A stretch of DNA of 63,818 nt, counting the filler, from Bigelowiella natans CCMP2755 (Eukaryota > Protista > Cercozoa): NCBI GenBank assembly GCA_000320545.1. It is 7 parts of 7 records of this genome, joined end to end, with 100 filler letters (N's around TTAATTAATTAA, not from the genome) between each part and the next. Parts side by side here need not be neighbours in the genome. Positions count along the whole stretch, not along the records: positions 15,087 to 34,145 come from ADNK01003493.1; positions 34,246 to 51,310 come from ADNK01003498.1; 5 more parts are not named here. One strand, given 5' to 3'. Below, piece after piece: positions 26,200-40,035 of the stretch. A model generated the notes under the pieces. That model had not been told where the DNA came from. It saw nothing but the letters and a program-made list of their open reading frames with translations, and did no database searches. The position numbers and the translations under genes are program-made. Position 1 is the first letter of the stretch. Each line of letters starts with the position of its first letter.

Positions 26200-27111
26200 T
26201 TAATTGCCATCCCCACTAGTGACACCTGCTACTGCTGCTGCTGCTGCTCTTTCCTTCTCGTCGTATTCGTCCCAATTCACCTAATATGAATTAAAAGAGG
26301 GTGAGTGATCACACTTTGCGAATAATCGCCTGCTTTTTGCGAATTTGATCGATAATTATCGATTTAGCATAATCAATCTATGCTTCTGGCCGTTTTATGC
26401 TCTCTAAATTTGCGTTGAGAAATGTACACAGTCTGCTCGTACGTATGAAGTAAGTAAGTAAGTAAGTACCACAGTACAATCTTTTTCATAGTTAATGTGC
26501 GACAAGCGACCACATCCCAACAACGTTTCTGGCATTTCATCATCTGTGAAATGTAAGTAAACAAGCTCAAACTAATGACTAGCGGAGTGCTTTAAGGGTG
26601 GCAGAATTACCTCCAATAAAAAATCACCAGTTATAGTACATCGAAAGGTAAGCAAACATGCATTCACCAACATCGGGATGATGATAATACATCATCATCA
26701 TCATCATCATCATTATCATCACCTTTTTCACTCTGAACTGTAAAACCGATGTCAAAGACTAGCTTGCTCAAGTACGGTTTAAGTCTGTATATTACGTTTA
26801 AACCGAGATAGTTATACACGTGGATATCTAGATCCACTTCATAATAGTCCTTTCCTGAGGAGAAAGTGTGATGATGGAGAAAGAGTGAATCAGCAACCAT
26901 CATAGAGAAAGAAAAAGAAAACAGAGTTTGAAGAGGAAAGACTAAGAAGAACAAGAAGAATAAGAAGAAGGACAAGAGTGTAATCCATCACATGCAGCAA
27001 CAAGCAAAGTAAATGTGCTTGCTACTAGCCTAGTGACACAGAGAAGAACAAGAGCGGCAGCAGGAGAGTGTGTATGTAAGTATGTATGTGTGTATGTGTG
27101 TATGTACGAGG

Positions 27112-27142
<31 letters not shown>

Positions 27143-28450
27143 GGACGAGAGAACAACGTCATAATCATGCTTCTTCTTCTTCTTCTTCTTCTTCCTCGAC
27201 GAGCTACTACCCCCCCCTCTTTCTCCTCCTCCTCATACTAGTACTACCTACCTACTACTACTACTACCACCTACTACCTACTACTACCACCACTATTACT
27301 AATACCATCACCAGCAGCAGTACTACCTTTAAACTTAAACATGTCTGCATTTCGTGATAACCAAGGTTTGGCATTATACTAATGATAAGTGAGAAGAAAG
27401 AGGGGGGGTTAAGACAAGAAAGAGAAGAAGAAAAGGGAAGATGATGGTGACGAGGAAATAGTGGATGAGGAGGAGGAGGAGGGGGAAGAGGAGGAGAGTA
27501 TTGCCAGGCGCTGTCATTTATGATTATTACTATTTTTCATGATAACAATGTAGTTATCAGTGGTGGAAATAAATAAATTGATGATGACTGATTAGCAATA
27601 CCATCATAATTAAAGACGGAACCACTATCTGGAGAGCATGTTTCTTCGTTTTGTTGTTGTTGTTCTTCTTCCTCTTCTTCTATCTATCTATCTATCTATC
27701 TATCTATGTATCTATGGCAATAAGATAGTACTTAATTAATTAATTACCCCATTAATATACTTCATCAAGTAAAACGAAAGGCCAACATCCTTCAGATTGG
27801 CGACACTGACAACGTTCTTCCACAAGTTAGGCCCTCTTTGTTTATCAGTAACGTCAGGATCTCTACTGCAAAACCTATGATGGTAATGATGATGATGATG
27901 ATGATAATAATGATAATGATGATGACATGTTCATAGATCAGGTGTAAACAAATAGAAGCTATCATGAGGAGTTGTGTGTTGATGCAGTAGTAATGGAAGA
28001 AGTAGTAACAAATTATCAGCAAAACACAAGAATAAGAGCACAGATCCTCGATAATTTATCATTCTTCTTATTATTAATCATTATCATTATTATTTTTCAT
28101 CATCATCGTCATCGTCATCACCATGATGCATCTCTCTTTATTATTATCATGATTATTACCTCCTTAGTACTCTGTATGCGCCTGTCTTTTTAATAGAAGC
28201 TTCGAGTCCTCTTTTGCTCAAAACGAAGAAGAATATTACTGTGAATCCGTGGCCGTCAGTTACTGGCTTGAACAGCGACATGGAAGGTGCATAAGATGGA
28301 AGCATGTATCTGATAATAAACAACATATCAGATCATAATAATTAGACAATAATAATAATAATAACAATAAATAATAGTAATCACAAACAATGACAATTAC
28401 CAACCACACATTAAATTTTTCATGCTTTCATCCGTTACGAATTCTATTGT

Positions 28451-28482
<32 letters not shown>

Positions 28483-29432
28483 ATACTACCCAGATGGAGA
28501 CATTGTGCAATTAACATCACCACCATCATATATCAATGCATACAAGTACGAGGAACTATTTGTACCAATCCATCTAGTCACGTATTATTATTATTATTAT
28601 TATTTATTAGAACTATTATTATTCAGTTTTAAATAATATCTGCATATCCAGATGACGATATATTTGATGATACTATATTGTGGAGAACAATATCAACTTA
28701 CGTCACTACAAAGAAACGAGGAATTCCATTAATTATGTCTCCCTCCATCACATCCTCTTCCTGATAACGAAGAAGGAGAAGAAGAAGATGATAAAGATGA
28801 TGAAAACCATATATTTGATTACGATAATATTTAGATGATGATAAAAGAAACATATCCATGCCTTCAGAAAGCAATATACTGATGGGAAAAACACTGATGA
28901 CGGAGAAATCGTGGATATACGATGATTTGTTGCTTCTTCTTCTTCTTCTTCTTCTTCTAATGAGTGATGATAGCAATGGATTAGGACTATTGTGCTTTAT
29001 ACATTAAAACAAAACTATTTCTACTTGCCATCCTCTCGTAAGGAGAGAAGAGAAGAATATCATCTATGACGTATATTTTCTCTCACATCATCATACGTCA
29101 ACATATTATCACCTTGTTTAAAGGAATTTTGGATCGATCGAAGAAGCGAGCAATGTGAGTTATTTTATGGTTAGAAGTTATCATATCAACTGCTCTAAGG
29201 TTGTATAAGGCAGGAGGGGAAGGAGCTTTCCGTCGATTTGAGGCATAATTTGGACCGATTCTTAGCTTAAATCGCCTAAAAATAACAAGCAATTGGTAAA
29301 CACGAAGAACAACAGCAAGGACAAGAAGATGGCGTAGGCAATGAAGTACTACAATGACCATTCTTTGGTGTGACATCAAAACCTCTCTCAAGGATAATCC
29401 AACCATCAAAATAGAAAATATAACATATATAA

Positions 29433-29482
<50 letters not shown>

Positions 29483-29699
29483 ATATACTACGTTCATGGA
29501 TAAATAGGAATACTTAGAAATAACAACAATAAAAATAATTAAAACAAGCATTGGTGTAAAATAATACTGCACACAAGTTCCATGATTGTGCTGTTGTTGT
29601 TGTATATACATAGGTGCAAGAAGCATAGTAGTAGCCCTAGTCAAATGATGACGATGATGTCCAAATGCAGTGTTTCAATCATTATCTTAAATACAACAG

Positions 29700-29734
<35 letters not shown>

Positions 29735-30155
29735 ATGACTGGGTTGCAGAGTTCGTCGTTCACGGAGGTAGGAATAGTATGTTTGACAGTCGATAATAAC
29801 AATATGATGACGATGATGGTGATGATAATATGATGACAATAGTTCTTGATGTGAGTAAAACAATATCTCTTTCCTACTATTTTACTACTACTATTACTAC
29901 TTTGGATCTGAATCTGACAGTTTGGTCTTTGTGACATCGCTGATCTCTCCATGCACAGCACTTGGCTTGACCACCCTTTTCTGAGAAGGAAGTCAATTAG
30001 TCAATTAAGTAAATGACTGAATCAATGAATCAACGACAAAAGAAGAAGAAGAACTTAGGAAAGAAAGAAATAGGAGGACGAGGAAGAGGGAGTGTTCCAT
30101 CTTAGAAGGCAGTATATAATGCTACTTCTGTTAACGTTTGTGTGTGTTGTGTGTG

Positions 30156-30204
<49 letters not shown>

Positions 30205-31000
30205 ACATCATCTACTATTACTACTACTACTACCGTATCTGTGGGTTTCCATGTGCTATATACCACATCTCCATCAACATCCCCTTCTTTCCCGTAACTC
30301 TTCATCTCCCCTTTCGTTGCTTTCAGTTCTGGGGTCCGCATTCCTGGTGGAGTGTGAAAGCAATGGCTACCTTCGCTCGCCTCGCTTGCAGTCCTAAGAT
30401 GGTTGATAATACAGATCATCATCTAGATATAATGGTAATGCTTACTTGCTTACAATTGTGGATGTACAAAACACACTTGTGGGCATAATGAAAAGTCGCT
30501 AGTATGCTTCTTCTTCTATAATGTTCGTATTATCTTAAACGTGGTAGTAGTAGTCGTAGTAGTAGTACCAAACTGAGGAAAAGGGAGTGTCATTCTCGTC
30601 ATTGAAAACACCATTCACATCCATTTTAGAGTCCTGAAGATGAAAGTTCTTTTTCGGGTAGCAACTCGGCATCATCATCCTCGCCATACTCGATCCCATT
30701 TTTGTTCTATGATCTGCACCCTTTGAATGTATGACTCAATTCTCTTTGGACAAATTTATGAAGGCAGTGAGAACTCCAACTTTGTGCTGATGCGAGTGAG
30801 GCTGCAGGACCCTCCTCCTCCTCCCTCCGTTTCTTTGTATAACTAATATCCACATATAAACTGGTGGTAAGGACGCACATTACAACACCCCACTTCAATC
30901 ACAGTTATTAGTCATTACCTGCAGGAATCGAGCTGGGTTGGGAGGGAGGGCGACGTGTGTCAATTCGTAGAACGAATACAGAAAAGGGACATATTTCACT
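26200..31000 (-). CDS. EDR2 C-terminal (DUF1336)-domain protein, multi-exon
   Basis: FKLRIGPNYASNRRKAPSPPALYNLRAVDM, MLPSYAPSM..DGHGFTVIFFF, YNAKPWL, GKDYYEVDLDIHVYNY, LVFDIGFTVQSE, DDEMPETLLGCGRL; stop TAA at 26200-26202; start approximate. Confidence 0.85.
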
Positions 31001-31384
31001 ATTGCGACATCTAAAATAATTGATAGTCGTCAACAAATCCAAAAAGGGTCCTGTTTCACTACTACGGCAACTAAAATACTAATAAAACAAGTAATTCTTA
31101 GACAAAAAAGCCTACAATTCCGGAAGAATCGTTAAAAAGGTAGCTACGCTCGTAACTTTTTTGGCAATTCAATTTACTATTGTGCGACATGAATCTTTAT
31201 GGTTTTCCTGGTTGAATAGAGGAGGTTTTGATGATAATTTCCCCCCGATATTGTATTTTAAAGTTCTATTTAACGATTATTATCAAAACTGATCCTCCTC
31301 CTCCAAGCTACAACTAACTCGTCGAAGGATGAAGTACATTCGTGAGGAAGAGAAATGGTGCTCGCTCTCTCTTATGCTTCATCC

Positions 31385-32328
31385 ATGAAATGCACTTTGT
31401 TGCTAGTGGCTGATCAATTATACTATCAATGAGGTACCACAAGGCGGACCCATTCAGCCGTCCAGTCTTCAAAAAGACGACCCAGAGGTAGGTAGCTAGT
31501 AGCTCCGTTGTTCGTTTGTTTCACGTTGTTTAAATTGTGCTTTTTCTAATTAACCTTTTTATATTATCAGTCCATTCAATTTTGTAATGGCATTTCTACT
31601 ATTTTCTACAACAGTTATCGTGGTAACTAGTAAGTTAACATAGAAGTAGTACCAGTAACAATTAACATCATTTTTCGGTATCATCGCCTTGTCTCTCACC
31701 AACTTTTATCCAAAATCTCTCAAACCTTAGCTGAGCTGTATCAATTATATGTGCTTCCTCTAAAGGGCTACTATCTGGGCGCAGAATGGGAATCAACCAG
31801 GTCATCGATCGATCGATCATCTTTTGCGGAACAGTTGTTACTTCACTTAAGTTGATATAGAGTCTCAAACAAACTATGTTGTCATTGCGATCAAAAGTTA
31901 TCAACCAAATTTTCAACAATGTGAAGATATGGCCACGTATATTAAAATTATATAAAGGTGCTGCTATAATTTCACGTCTGCTCCTGCTTCTTCAACTTAT
32001 CTGATGGAACGAACTAATACATGACATCTTTGCTAAACTTTAGATACACGTCTGTATATTCTGTGGGACAGGACGACATTTCTTCAAATTCACTTCCATC
32101 GTAAGTAAAGTATATTGGAATTTATTATAGGATATGATTCCTATTAGAAGGGCCAAGATTGGGATGTGAATCCATTATAATAAGGGACAAGATTTTGTTA
32201 ATAGTTGCTAGACTATCATCTCGCTCTGACGCTCTATTTCTAATTATTTTTCGATATTTAGCCAACTTCGTGCAATATGGTATTTGTTTCCGATATGCAT
32301 ATCATACATTATTGAGTGTGTGTGCGTG

Positions 32329-32371
<43 letters not shown>

Positions 32372-33256
32372 CGGATTTGTTGCGAGTGATGGGGAAATTC
32401 CTCTTGAAGTAAGTCCTAATCTTAATAATATATTCTGCACTAGATGATACATGCTGAGAAATGCGTCATCATTTTGTGGAAATATAGTCGAAAGCTAACA
32501 ATGATTTCATGATGTGGACAGAAATATAGTCGAAAGCTAATAATAATTTCGTGATGTGGACAGAAAACAACAGACTAATAGATGGCGGTGCTGGTTCACT
32601 GTAGTCTCTAATATTCACTCAATAATTAGATTCTTGCGGTTTCATTCAATGACGATTTCTCGCCGACGGTAGTAGCTTAAAATATAATTGAGTTGTATTA
32701 GTAGTAGTTGTTGCAATAGCAGTAGACAAAGTGGTAGTTTGTTTTTTGAACGAAATATAGCATTTAAGTAACTTAACGAGTACTTATTATTATTATTATC
32801 CTAGTCCTGGTAAATCAACCTATCTGGTATAAACATTATCATGAATGAATAAATAAAAAAAAGGGTCGAGGGAATGAAACATCAGTGGGTTTTGACATTA
32901 TCATGAATGAATAAATAAAAAAAAGGGTCGAGGGAATGAAACATCAGTGGGTTTTGACATTATCATGAATAAATAAAACAAAAGGGTCGAGGGAATGAAA
33001 CATCAGTGGGTTTAACATTATCATGAATATGAATAAAACAAAAGGGTCGAGGGAATGAAACATCAGTGGGTTTCACGGTACGTACGTACGTACCCACTAC
33101 TACTAATATTATTAATACGTAGTCGTAGTACTCCTAGTAGGGTAACAAGTACACTCTGCATCAGTTGAAATTAGTAGTATATTGATTGACATTACAGGCA
33201 CTTCACTACATTATAATCAATTATCATACTCATAATAACACGCCATATTATAATCT

Positions 33257-33288
<32 letters not shown>

Positions 33289-33579
33289 TTAAGCTGCATG
33301 ATCATTCATGCTCGTCTAACATTGACGAGTACGTACCAGCGGGCCAATGGAGACAGGTAGTAGTAGGCCACCATGAGCATGTAACAAACGGTGAACAATG
33401 CGTTCTAATCATCATCAACTTCATCAGCATCATAAGCATCACAAGCATGACCGTCATTATATAATCAGCTATGAAATGGGTAGCACTGCTGCTACTACTA
33501 AGTAGAATGTATGTATTCTCTCTTCCATGTTCCAGGTTACGTTGTGCGCTGGCGATCCACAGGATTGCAGAGGCTTGTA
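31385..33579 (+). CDS. Multi-exon hypothetical protein
   Basis: Spliceable coding-like microexons (VPQGGPIQPSSLQKDDPE; YTSVYSVGQDDISSNSLPS; SNIDEYVPAGQWRQ|VTLCAGDPQDCRGL*). No family recognised. Confidence 0.3.
32833..33074. repeat. Tandem repeat, 4 copies of ~60 nt
   Basis: ACATTATCATGAAT..AAAAGGGTCGAGGGAATGAAACATCAGTGGGTTT repeated four times with small indels. Confidence 0.9.
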
Positions 33580-33785
33580 ATAAGAGCGACAACATCAATA
33601 TTAGAGATTGACAATAACAATATTAATAGTATATCATAATACCACCATCATAAACTATCATCGCCCTTATATGATGATGATGATGCTGATGATGAAGATG
33701 GCGATTATGGTTATCATTATTAATAAGGACGAAAGTATCTGTTGATTAGAGATTAGGCTGAATAATGAAAGTGATATGATGAATA

Positions 33786-33820
<35 letters not shown>

Positions 33821-34245
33821 GCTTATAAATAACAAATAAATAATAACCTGTTGTTCTTCAACAACGAAATCTACAATGAATATGAGGCCTCAGTGTATCA
33901 TACTCGGAAATATTGTTTGCTGATTGAATGCTTACCATTGTGGTTGCGCAGTATTTAATTGTATCATACTATTCCCCCCCCTATATTATCGAGATAGGTG
34001 TTGCTACCAATGAATTACCACCATACTACTACTACCACTATTATTATTATTATTTATTATTACTAGGTCTGTGAATACTAATAACAGGTTTATTTATTTA
34101 TTATTACTAGGTCTGTGAATACTTCCCAACCTGCAACGTTCTGTGNNNNNNNNNNNNNNNNNNNNNNNNNNNNNNNNNNNNNNNNNNNNTTAATTAATTA
34201 ANNNNNNNNNNNNNNNNNNNNNNNNNNNNNNNNNNNNNNNNNNNN

Positions 34246-34348
34246 CCCCCCCCCTGTTTGCAAGCCCAGCTCGTCCGGGATTCCTCTTCCTCTCCCTTCC
34301 TCTCGTTTGGGAAAAAAATTCATCGCCCCAAATAATATAAATAAACAA

Positions 34349-34383
<35 letters not shown>

Positions 34384-34927
34384 AATTATACTCTGCTATG
34401 CTCTTGCAACCTCTGGAGTGTTGATAGGCTCCGACACGACGGGGCCTTTTCCCTTCACCATTCCCCATTCGATGCCTAGAGGAGGCAGCAGGACGAGGAT
34501 ATCCGAGAAGATAATAGCAGCATCCAGACCGTACCTTTCCACCGGCTATAGGAGGGAGGGTGCGGAGGCGGGGGGGGGGAGGGGGAGAAACGGTGGGGGG
34601 GAGAAGCAGTGCAAGAAATCGATGTTATCTCTATGCCAACAACAACTGTACACACACGCATACACGCACACATGCGTACACGCATACACGCACACAAATG
34701 CGATTTACCTGAATCGTCAGCCGTGTCGCTATATCCGGTGTTGAGCATCGATGCATAAATGGAAACCTAAACCAAGACGAATGATGGGCCATGACTACTT
34801 CGAAACAACCCCGTGAGAACAGAAGGAAAAGGAAAGGAGCAAAGCACAGGGGAAATTCTACAATCCGTCCTCTCACCGATCTGAATAGTTCCGAAACTCA
34901 GGAAGATACCTACCAGCATGTTGTGTA

Positions 34928-34966
<39 letters not shown>

Positions 34967-35024
34967 ACAATCTAACTTCAGACATTGCCTTTTCGCTGAT
35001 ATTCTCAGAGCCCCAGCGGCGTTT

Positions 35025-35063
<39 letters not shown>

Positions 35064-35565
35064 CGCAAACGATGTGGTTTGGCCTTGGTAGACCTTACCT
35101 GGCGATGCATCCATATTGGGACCTTTTCCGTCTGCTCTCCTCTTGCCGCTCGAATGAGCAGGTCGTTCTTCAAGGCGGGAAAGTTCTCTGCTGATGCTGA
35201 GACACGCCGGCGCTGAAAGAGGAGAGGGAGGAGGAAGGGCGACTTTATGCACACATTCGTGTTTGCAAGAAGCCGTGCCTACCTACTCGCTTTGTAAAGT
35301 TGATACATACCTCTCCCAATCGACGAGAACTCTGGCGGTTAGCCCTCCTGCTGCGAGCCAACTGCTGCAGAGCACCTGTGGGGACAAAATAGTCAATCCT
35401 AACTTCGCAGGCTTCGCAGGCAGGCAGGTAAACACAACCTCTGGAGAGCGACCGAATGCCCTGAAACTCCGCACCGCGCAAGCCATTAAGAGAATTCGAC
35501 GCCACTGACTTGATTGTAGACGTCGGGCTCGCTAGAGCAGTTGTGACGAGGAGGAGGAAGAGCAT
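34246..35565 (-). CDS. hemE: Uroporphyrinogen decarboxylase, plastid-targeted precursor; 3' part lost at gap
   Basis: Signal peptide [12 protein letters not shown]; [23 protein letters not shown]|AGRYLPEFR; [17 protein letters not shown]|[17 protein letters not shown]. Confidence 0.93.
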
Positions 35566-36224
35566 GGTAGCGTCTTTGGGGGGGGACAGCTGCTCTTTCA
35601 ACAGTACCCTACCGGGGATTTTAACCTAAAATTCCCACCAATCGATGTCGTATCATTAAAATTAAGGCCGGTTAGTTTCAAATATTTCATAAAAGAGGCA
35701 TGGGGTTTGTGATGGTTTAAGTAGTGAGGATGATGTCGTTGTTATAAAATAGATTCAATCTATCTTCCTATCTACCAAAGAACTCTTCTCTTACTTGTTT
35801 GCTGCCGTCGTTGTTGTTGTTGTTACTATTGTTGTCCCATCGGTATCCCCCTGCGCGTATCTAGGAAACTATATATCGAGGATATTTCCAATCGATTTCC
35901 CTTTTGTTAGAAAAATGATTTTTATCCCGGAGAATATCTGAAATAAAATTCCTAAAACTCGTTCGAAAGACTATTTTTCGAAGCGATTGGTGCCCCCCCC
36001 CCCCCTCGCCTCTACGTCGTGATTTTTGAGACATATATTCTGTGGATAAATTTCAATTATGTCTAAATCGAGAGCAATCTACCGGTTTTCATTCCATCGT
36101 ATCTCTTCTTCCGTATCTCGAGCATTCGGTTTTTGCCCGCCCCCTCCCTCCCGTTTGTGCGTTGTGTCCACGTCGTCAGGACCAGTTGCTTTTTCACCAT
36201 ATTTCCCTATTCCAATTTAGGACT

Positions 36225-36699
36225 ATGCTGGCACGCTCGGCAAGAACTGCTCTATCTACGGCGGCTGTGATTGTGAGCGTCCTCTTCGCCGTTACAATGT
36301 TCAGTTCCATGAGAAGGACAACCGCGGTGTTGGGGAGAGGTGTTCTATTTTACCAAACTCGAAACCTTTCTGTTGTAAACATCTTCGCCGATGCTGACTA
36401 TGCCTTGTGCAAAAGGGGTGGTAAGGCCTAGAAACGTTCCTCGGATGGTTTCCGTATCGCCGTTGCGATCCCATCAAAACGCAGGCCTCTCGGTCTCAAG
36501 GCATTCCAAAATGAACGCTTTGGTAGTAGCAGTAGCACTCGCAATCACAGTAGTATAGCCAGCGTCGTCATCGTCGTCGTCGCCTTTTTTAAAACCAAGG
36601 AGCGCTGTGTTACACATATACACGCAGTAAAGCAGCGGTAGTGGCGGTGGAAGTCGCTCAGGCCGCTGGAACACACACACATATAGACCTATATTATCA

Positions 36700-36730
<31 letters not shown>

Positions 36731-38592
36731 CAATATGCACTTGTGATATACCCCTGTCCTGATGGCCCGAGAAGCCTTATCTCCATTTTCTCACGGTCAA
36801 CCATTGCAGGGGAGACCGACCCCTGGCAGCAGTAGCAATACTTCTGCTGTTACTATTGCTGCTATGGGAGGGTGTTTGGTGTATGCTGTTTCTGTAATTG
36901 ATATTACATCGAATAGAATCAATCAAATCCTACATCGCGCTATTCGTAGAAGAGGATTTATTTTTGCGGAAAATCAGCCACTTCGCTTCTCCCAGCACGG
37001 ATTAGTAGCTGGAGGGTGGTTCTTCCCCCTTCATTATTGCATCTATTATAATATATATATATATATATATATATTATATCTCTATGTGTGTGTGTGTGTA
37101 ATGTGTGTTTCGGTTGTTGATTTACTGTGCATGCACGCGTGCATATGTGCCTTACATAACAGACCGGCGGTACTTTGTTTGGAGTGAAATCAGCAGTCGC
37201 TGCTAGCGCTCAGAAGGCACTACCACGACTACTAATAAGAGCAATAACAATGCTAATACACACGGCGATCGGTGAAGTGCACGTCACAGGCGCTGCGTTG
37301 AGCTCTCTATGGTGTGTGTCTCTTGCATCATCAGGTTGATTCTCAAGCAAAGGCAAACGAGCTGTTGGATGGGGTGGGTGGATAGACCTCTCACATCGAT
37401 GGATGTTTTTGTATGTGTCGCCCCGCCTTGACTGCGTTGCGCGACGATGAAGCGAGCTGAAATCATCCGAGTAGTCACGAATTCAATACAGATTGCTAGA
37501 TGTGTATGCGCCGACCGCCAAGGACTTTTCCCCCCTTCTTATTGCCGCGTTGTTAAACGCCTCGGCGTCTGTGTATATGTGCACCGTATGCCATCAGATT
37601 GACACCATCATCTTCGATTGCGACGGGGTCATCTGGAAAGGCGACACGCTCATTGGTGCGATTCGCTCACAACCCTCGCTCCTCCCTGGGGAGAGAACTT
37701 AAAAAAAAAAACGAGGACAATATACTCGAGAATTCTGTCAGATGAAGATGCAGGGAATGCTAGATAGGTGATATCCTGCTATGCTTATCGATCGGCGGAT
37801 TCCCCCCCCCCCCCCCCCCCTTGTACCTTCCTCTATACCTTCAGAGGGGATTCCAGAGACTCTGGACTATTTAAGAGAACAAGGAAAAAAAGTAGTTTAA
37901 GCAGTAATATATATATTTATATATATATATTTGTGTGTATATTATACCCTTAATACGACTGGCAAAATATATATAACGCCCCCCCTCCCCCAAATGTAGG
38001 TATATTTCGTCACTAACAACGCCAGGAAATCACGGGTAGCAGCAGCAGCGAGTAGCACGAGACTGCAGGCTACATCTTTGATGATGATGATGATGATGAT
38101 GAATATTATTATAATGATCACGGCGATGACGATGATGCTGATGATGACGACGCTAATGATGATGATGATGATGATGATGATGATAATGATAGTGATGATG
38201 ATGATGATGATGACGATGATTATAATGATGATGATATTGATGATAATGATGACGATGATGATGCAGACACATGGCGGTATAATGATGATGATAATGATGA
38301 TAATGATGACGATGATGATGCAGACACATGGCGGTATGCTCAGTTGCTTTTTACTTTCGAGAGACGCGATTCTGATTGCCTTTCTAGACGGGATTGGATG
38401 TGTGTGAGTATGCATGCGCTCTACTGAATTCTGCGTCGTGTTGTGTTTTCCGTGATTTGGATTTGGCTCTCGCTCGTAACAAGGCCGGATACAAGAAAAA
38501 GTTTGATGATCTTGGTAAGTACTTGGAGAATGATATGATGATAAGCTTTAACACTTCTCATTCTCTCTCTCAATCTCTCTCTCAATCTCTCT

Positions 38593-38640
<48 letters not shown>

Positions 38641-38933
38641 CGCTCTCTCATCCCTTCCCTTACCGATGCTGCATTCCCCTCTCGCCCTCATCGAAACACA
38701 TACTCCAAACCTGACAAACAACACCGTGATGATAAATCAGGCCTCCAAATATCACCAGAAGAAGTAGTGACCTTCTCTCAGCGTAATCGAGGCGCCGAAT
38801 TTGAGCTAGTATCCGCATTCTCCTCTTCTGGGGAGGAGACAACTTGATAAAAACGACGATATATAAGAAGGGAATAGCGTTAAGAATATTCGCATCGTTT
38901 ATCCTGTGCAACGCACGCAAATCTGCTTCAAAG

Positions 38934-38976
<43 letters not shown>

Positions 38977-39992
38977 GCGCGCGCGCGCGCGCGCACCCAC
39001 ACACACACACACACACGTACACACACTTTCAGGTACTATCGTCGTCCTTTGCTGCTGCCGCCTACCTCGATCAAGTACCCCCTCCCCCTGACTTTGCTGA
39101 TTCGTCGTAAATTGAAGTATTTATGGTTATAAATGTATAATATATGTATAGTATTGGTATAGCATTCGCCCCCCTCCAAAGGGCCTGGAGTAGAGTCGCC
39201 CATACTCACGCATATATAGCTCTCATCGCCGATGCGCTCCTGGGTTGTTGCTTTGTTGGGGAACTGTCGCAGGTCAACTTCAAAGAGTCTGGGAAGTCCG
39301 TGTACGTCGTTGGAGATGTCGGCATTGGGGTGATACGAATGGAAACTGTGACGATTGCACTACGAGTTTTAGGCGCGCGCGCGCGCGTGCGGGGTATGGC
39401 CTCTGTTTAAACTAGATGGTTTGTTTTGTAGGAAGAGCTCGATTTGCTCGATATTCCTTGGTCAGGCGGACCTGCTGATATGGTAGGAGCCAAAGACAAC
39501 GCGACTGCACACACACCTCATCGTACAAGCGAGACCCGAGGGCACGGCGCCAATGCCGACGTTTCTTCTTCCCTTGCCGGCATAAAATAAAACAGAATGT
39601 GAATGAGCCTATAATATATAATATGTCAACCAAAATCTATTTGTTTTTATACCACTTTGAGATGATGAACATATCGTATACATTGGTAATCCATAGGATA
39701 AGCAGATTGAGCTGAAAAGCGGTTTCGCACTGCCACACGACGGAAACGTAGTCGAATCGCAATGAATGAACGTCTAGAGAAGGGGGGATGGGGGGGGTGG
39801 GGGGAAGAAAGGACAAGATGCGCCTTTTGTATTTGAAAGCACTTTGAATGCTTGAAGGTATTTATGTTGATGTACCACCTGCTTTTCTTGTGTGTTTTGC
39901 GAAGGTCGGGGCCGTTATCTGTGGCTTTGACTATAGCGTTAAGAATATTCGCATCGTTTATCCTGTGCAACGCACGCAAATCTGCTTCAAAG

Positions 39993-40035
<43 letters not shown>

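Noticed and set aside
37942-38415. Poly-Ile / poly-Met ORFs, and the many YIYI/CVCV/THTH/ERER ORFs across the window
   Set aside because: Translations of intronic (ATG)n, (TA)n, (CA)n and (GA)n microsatellites.
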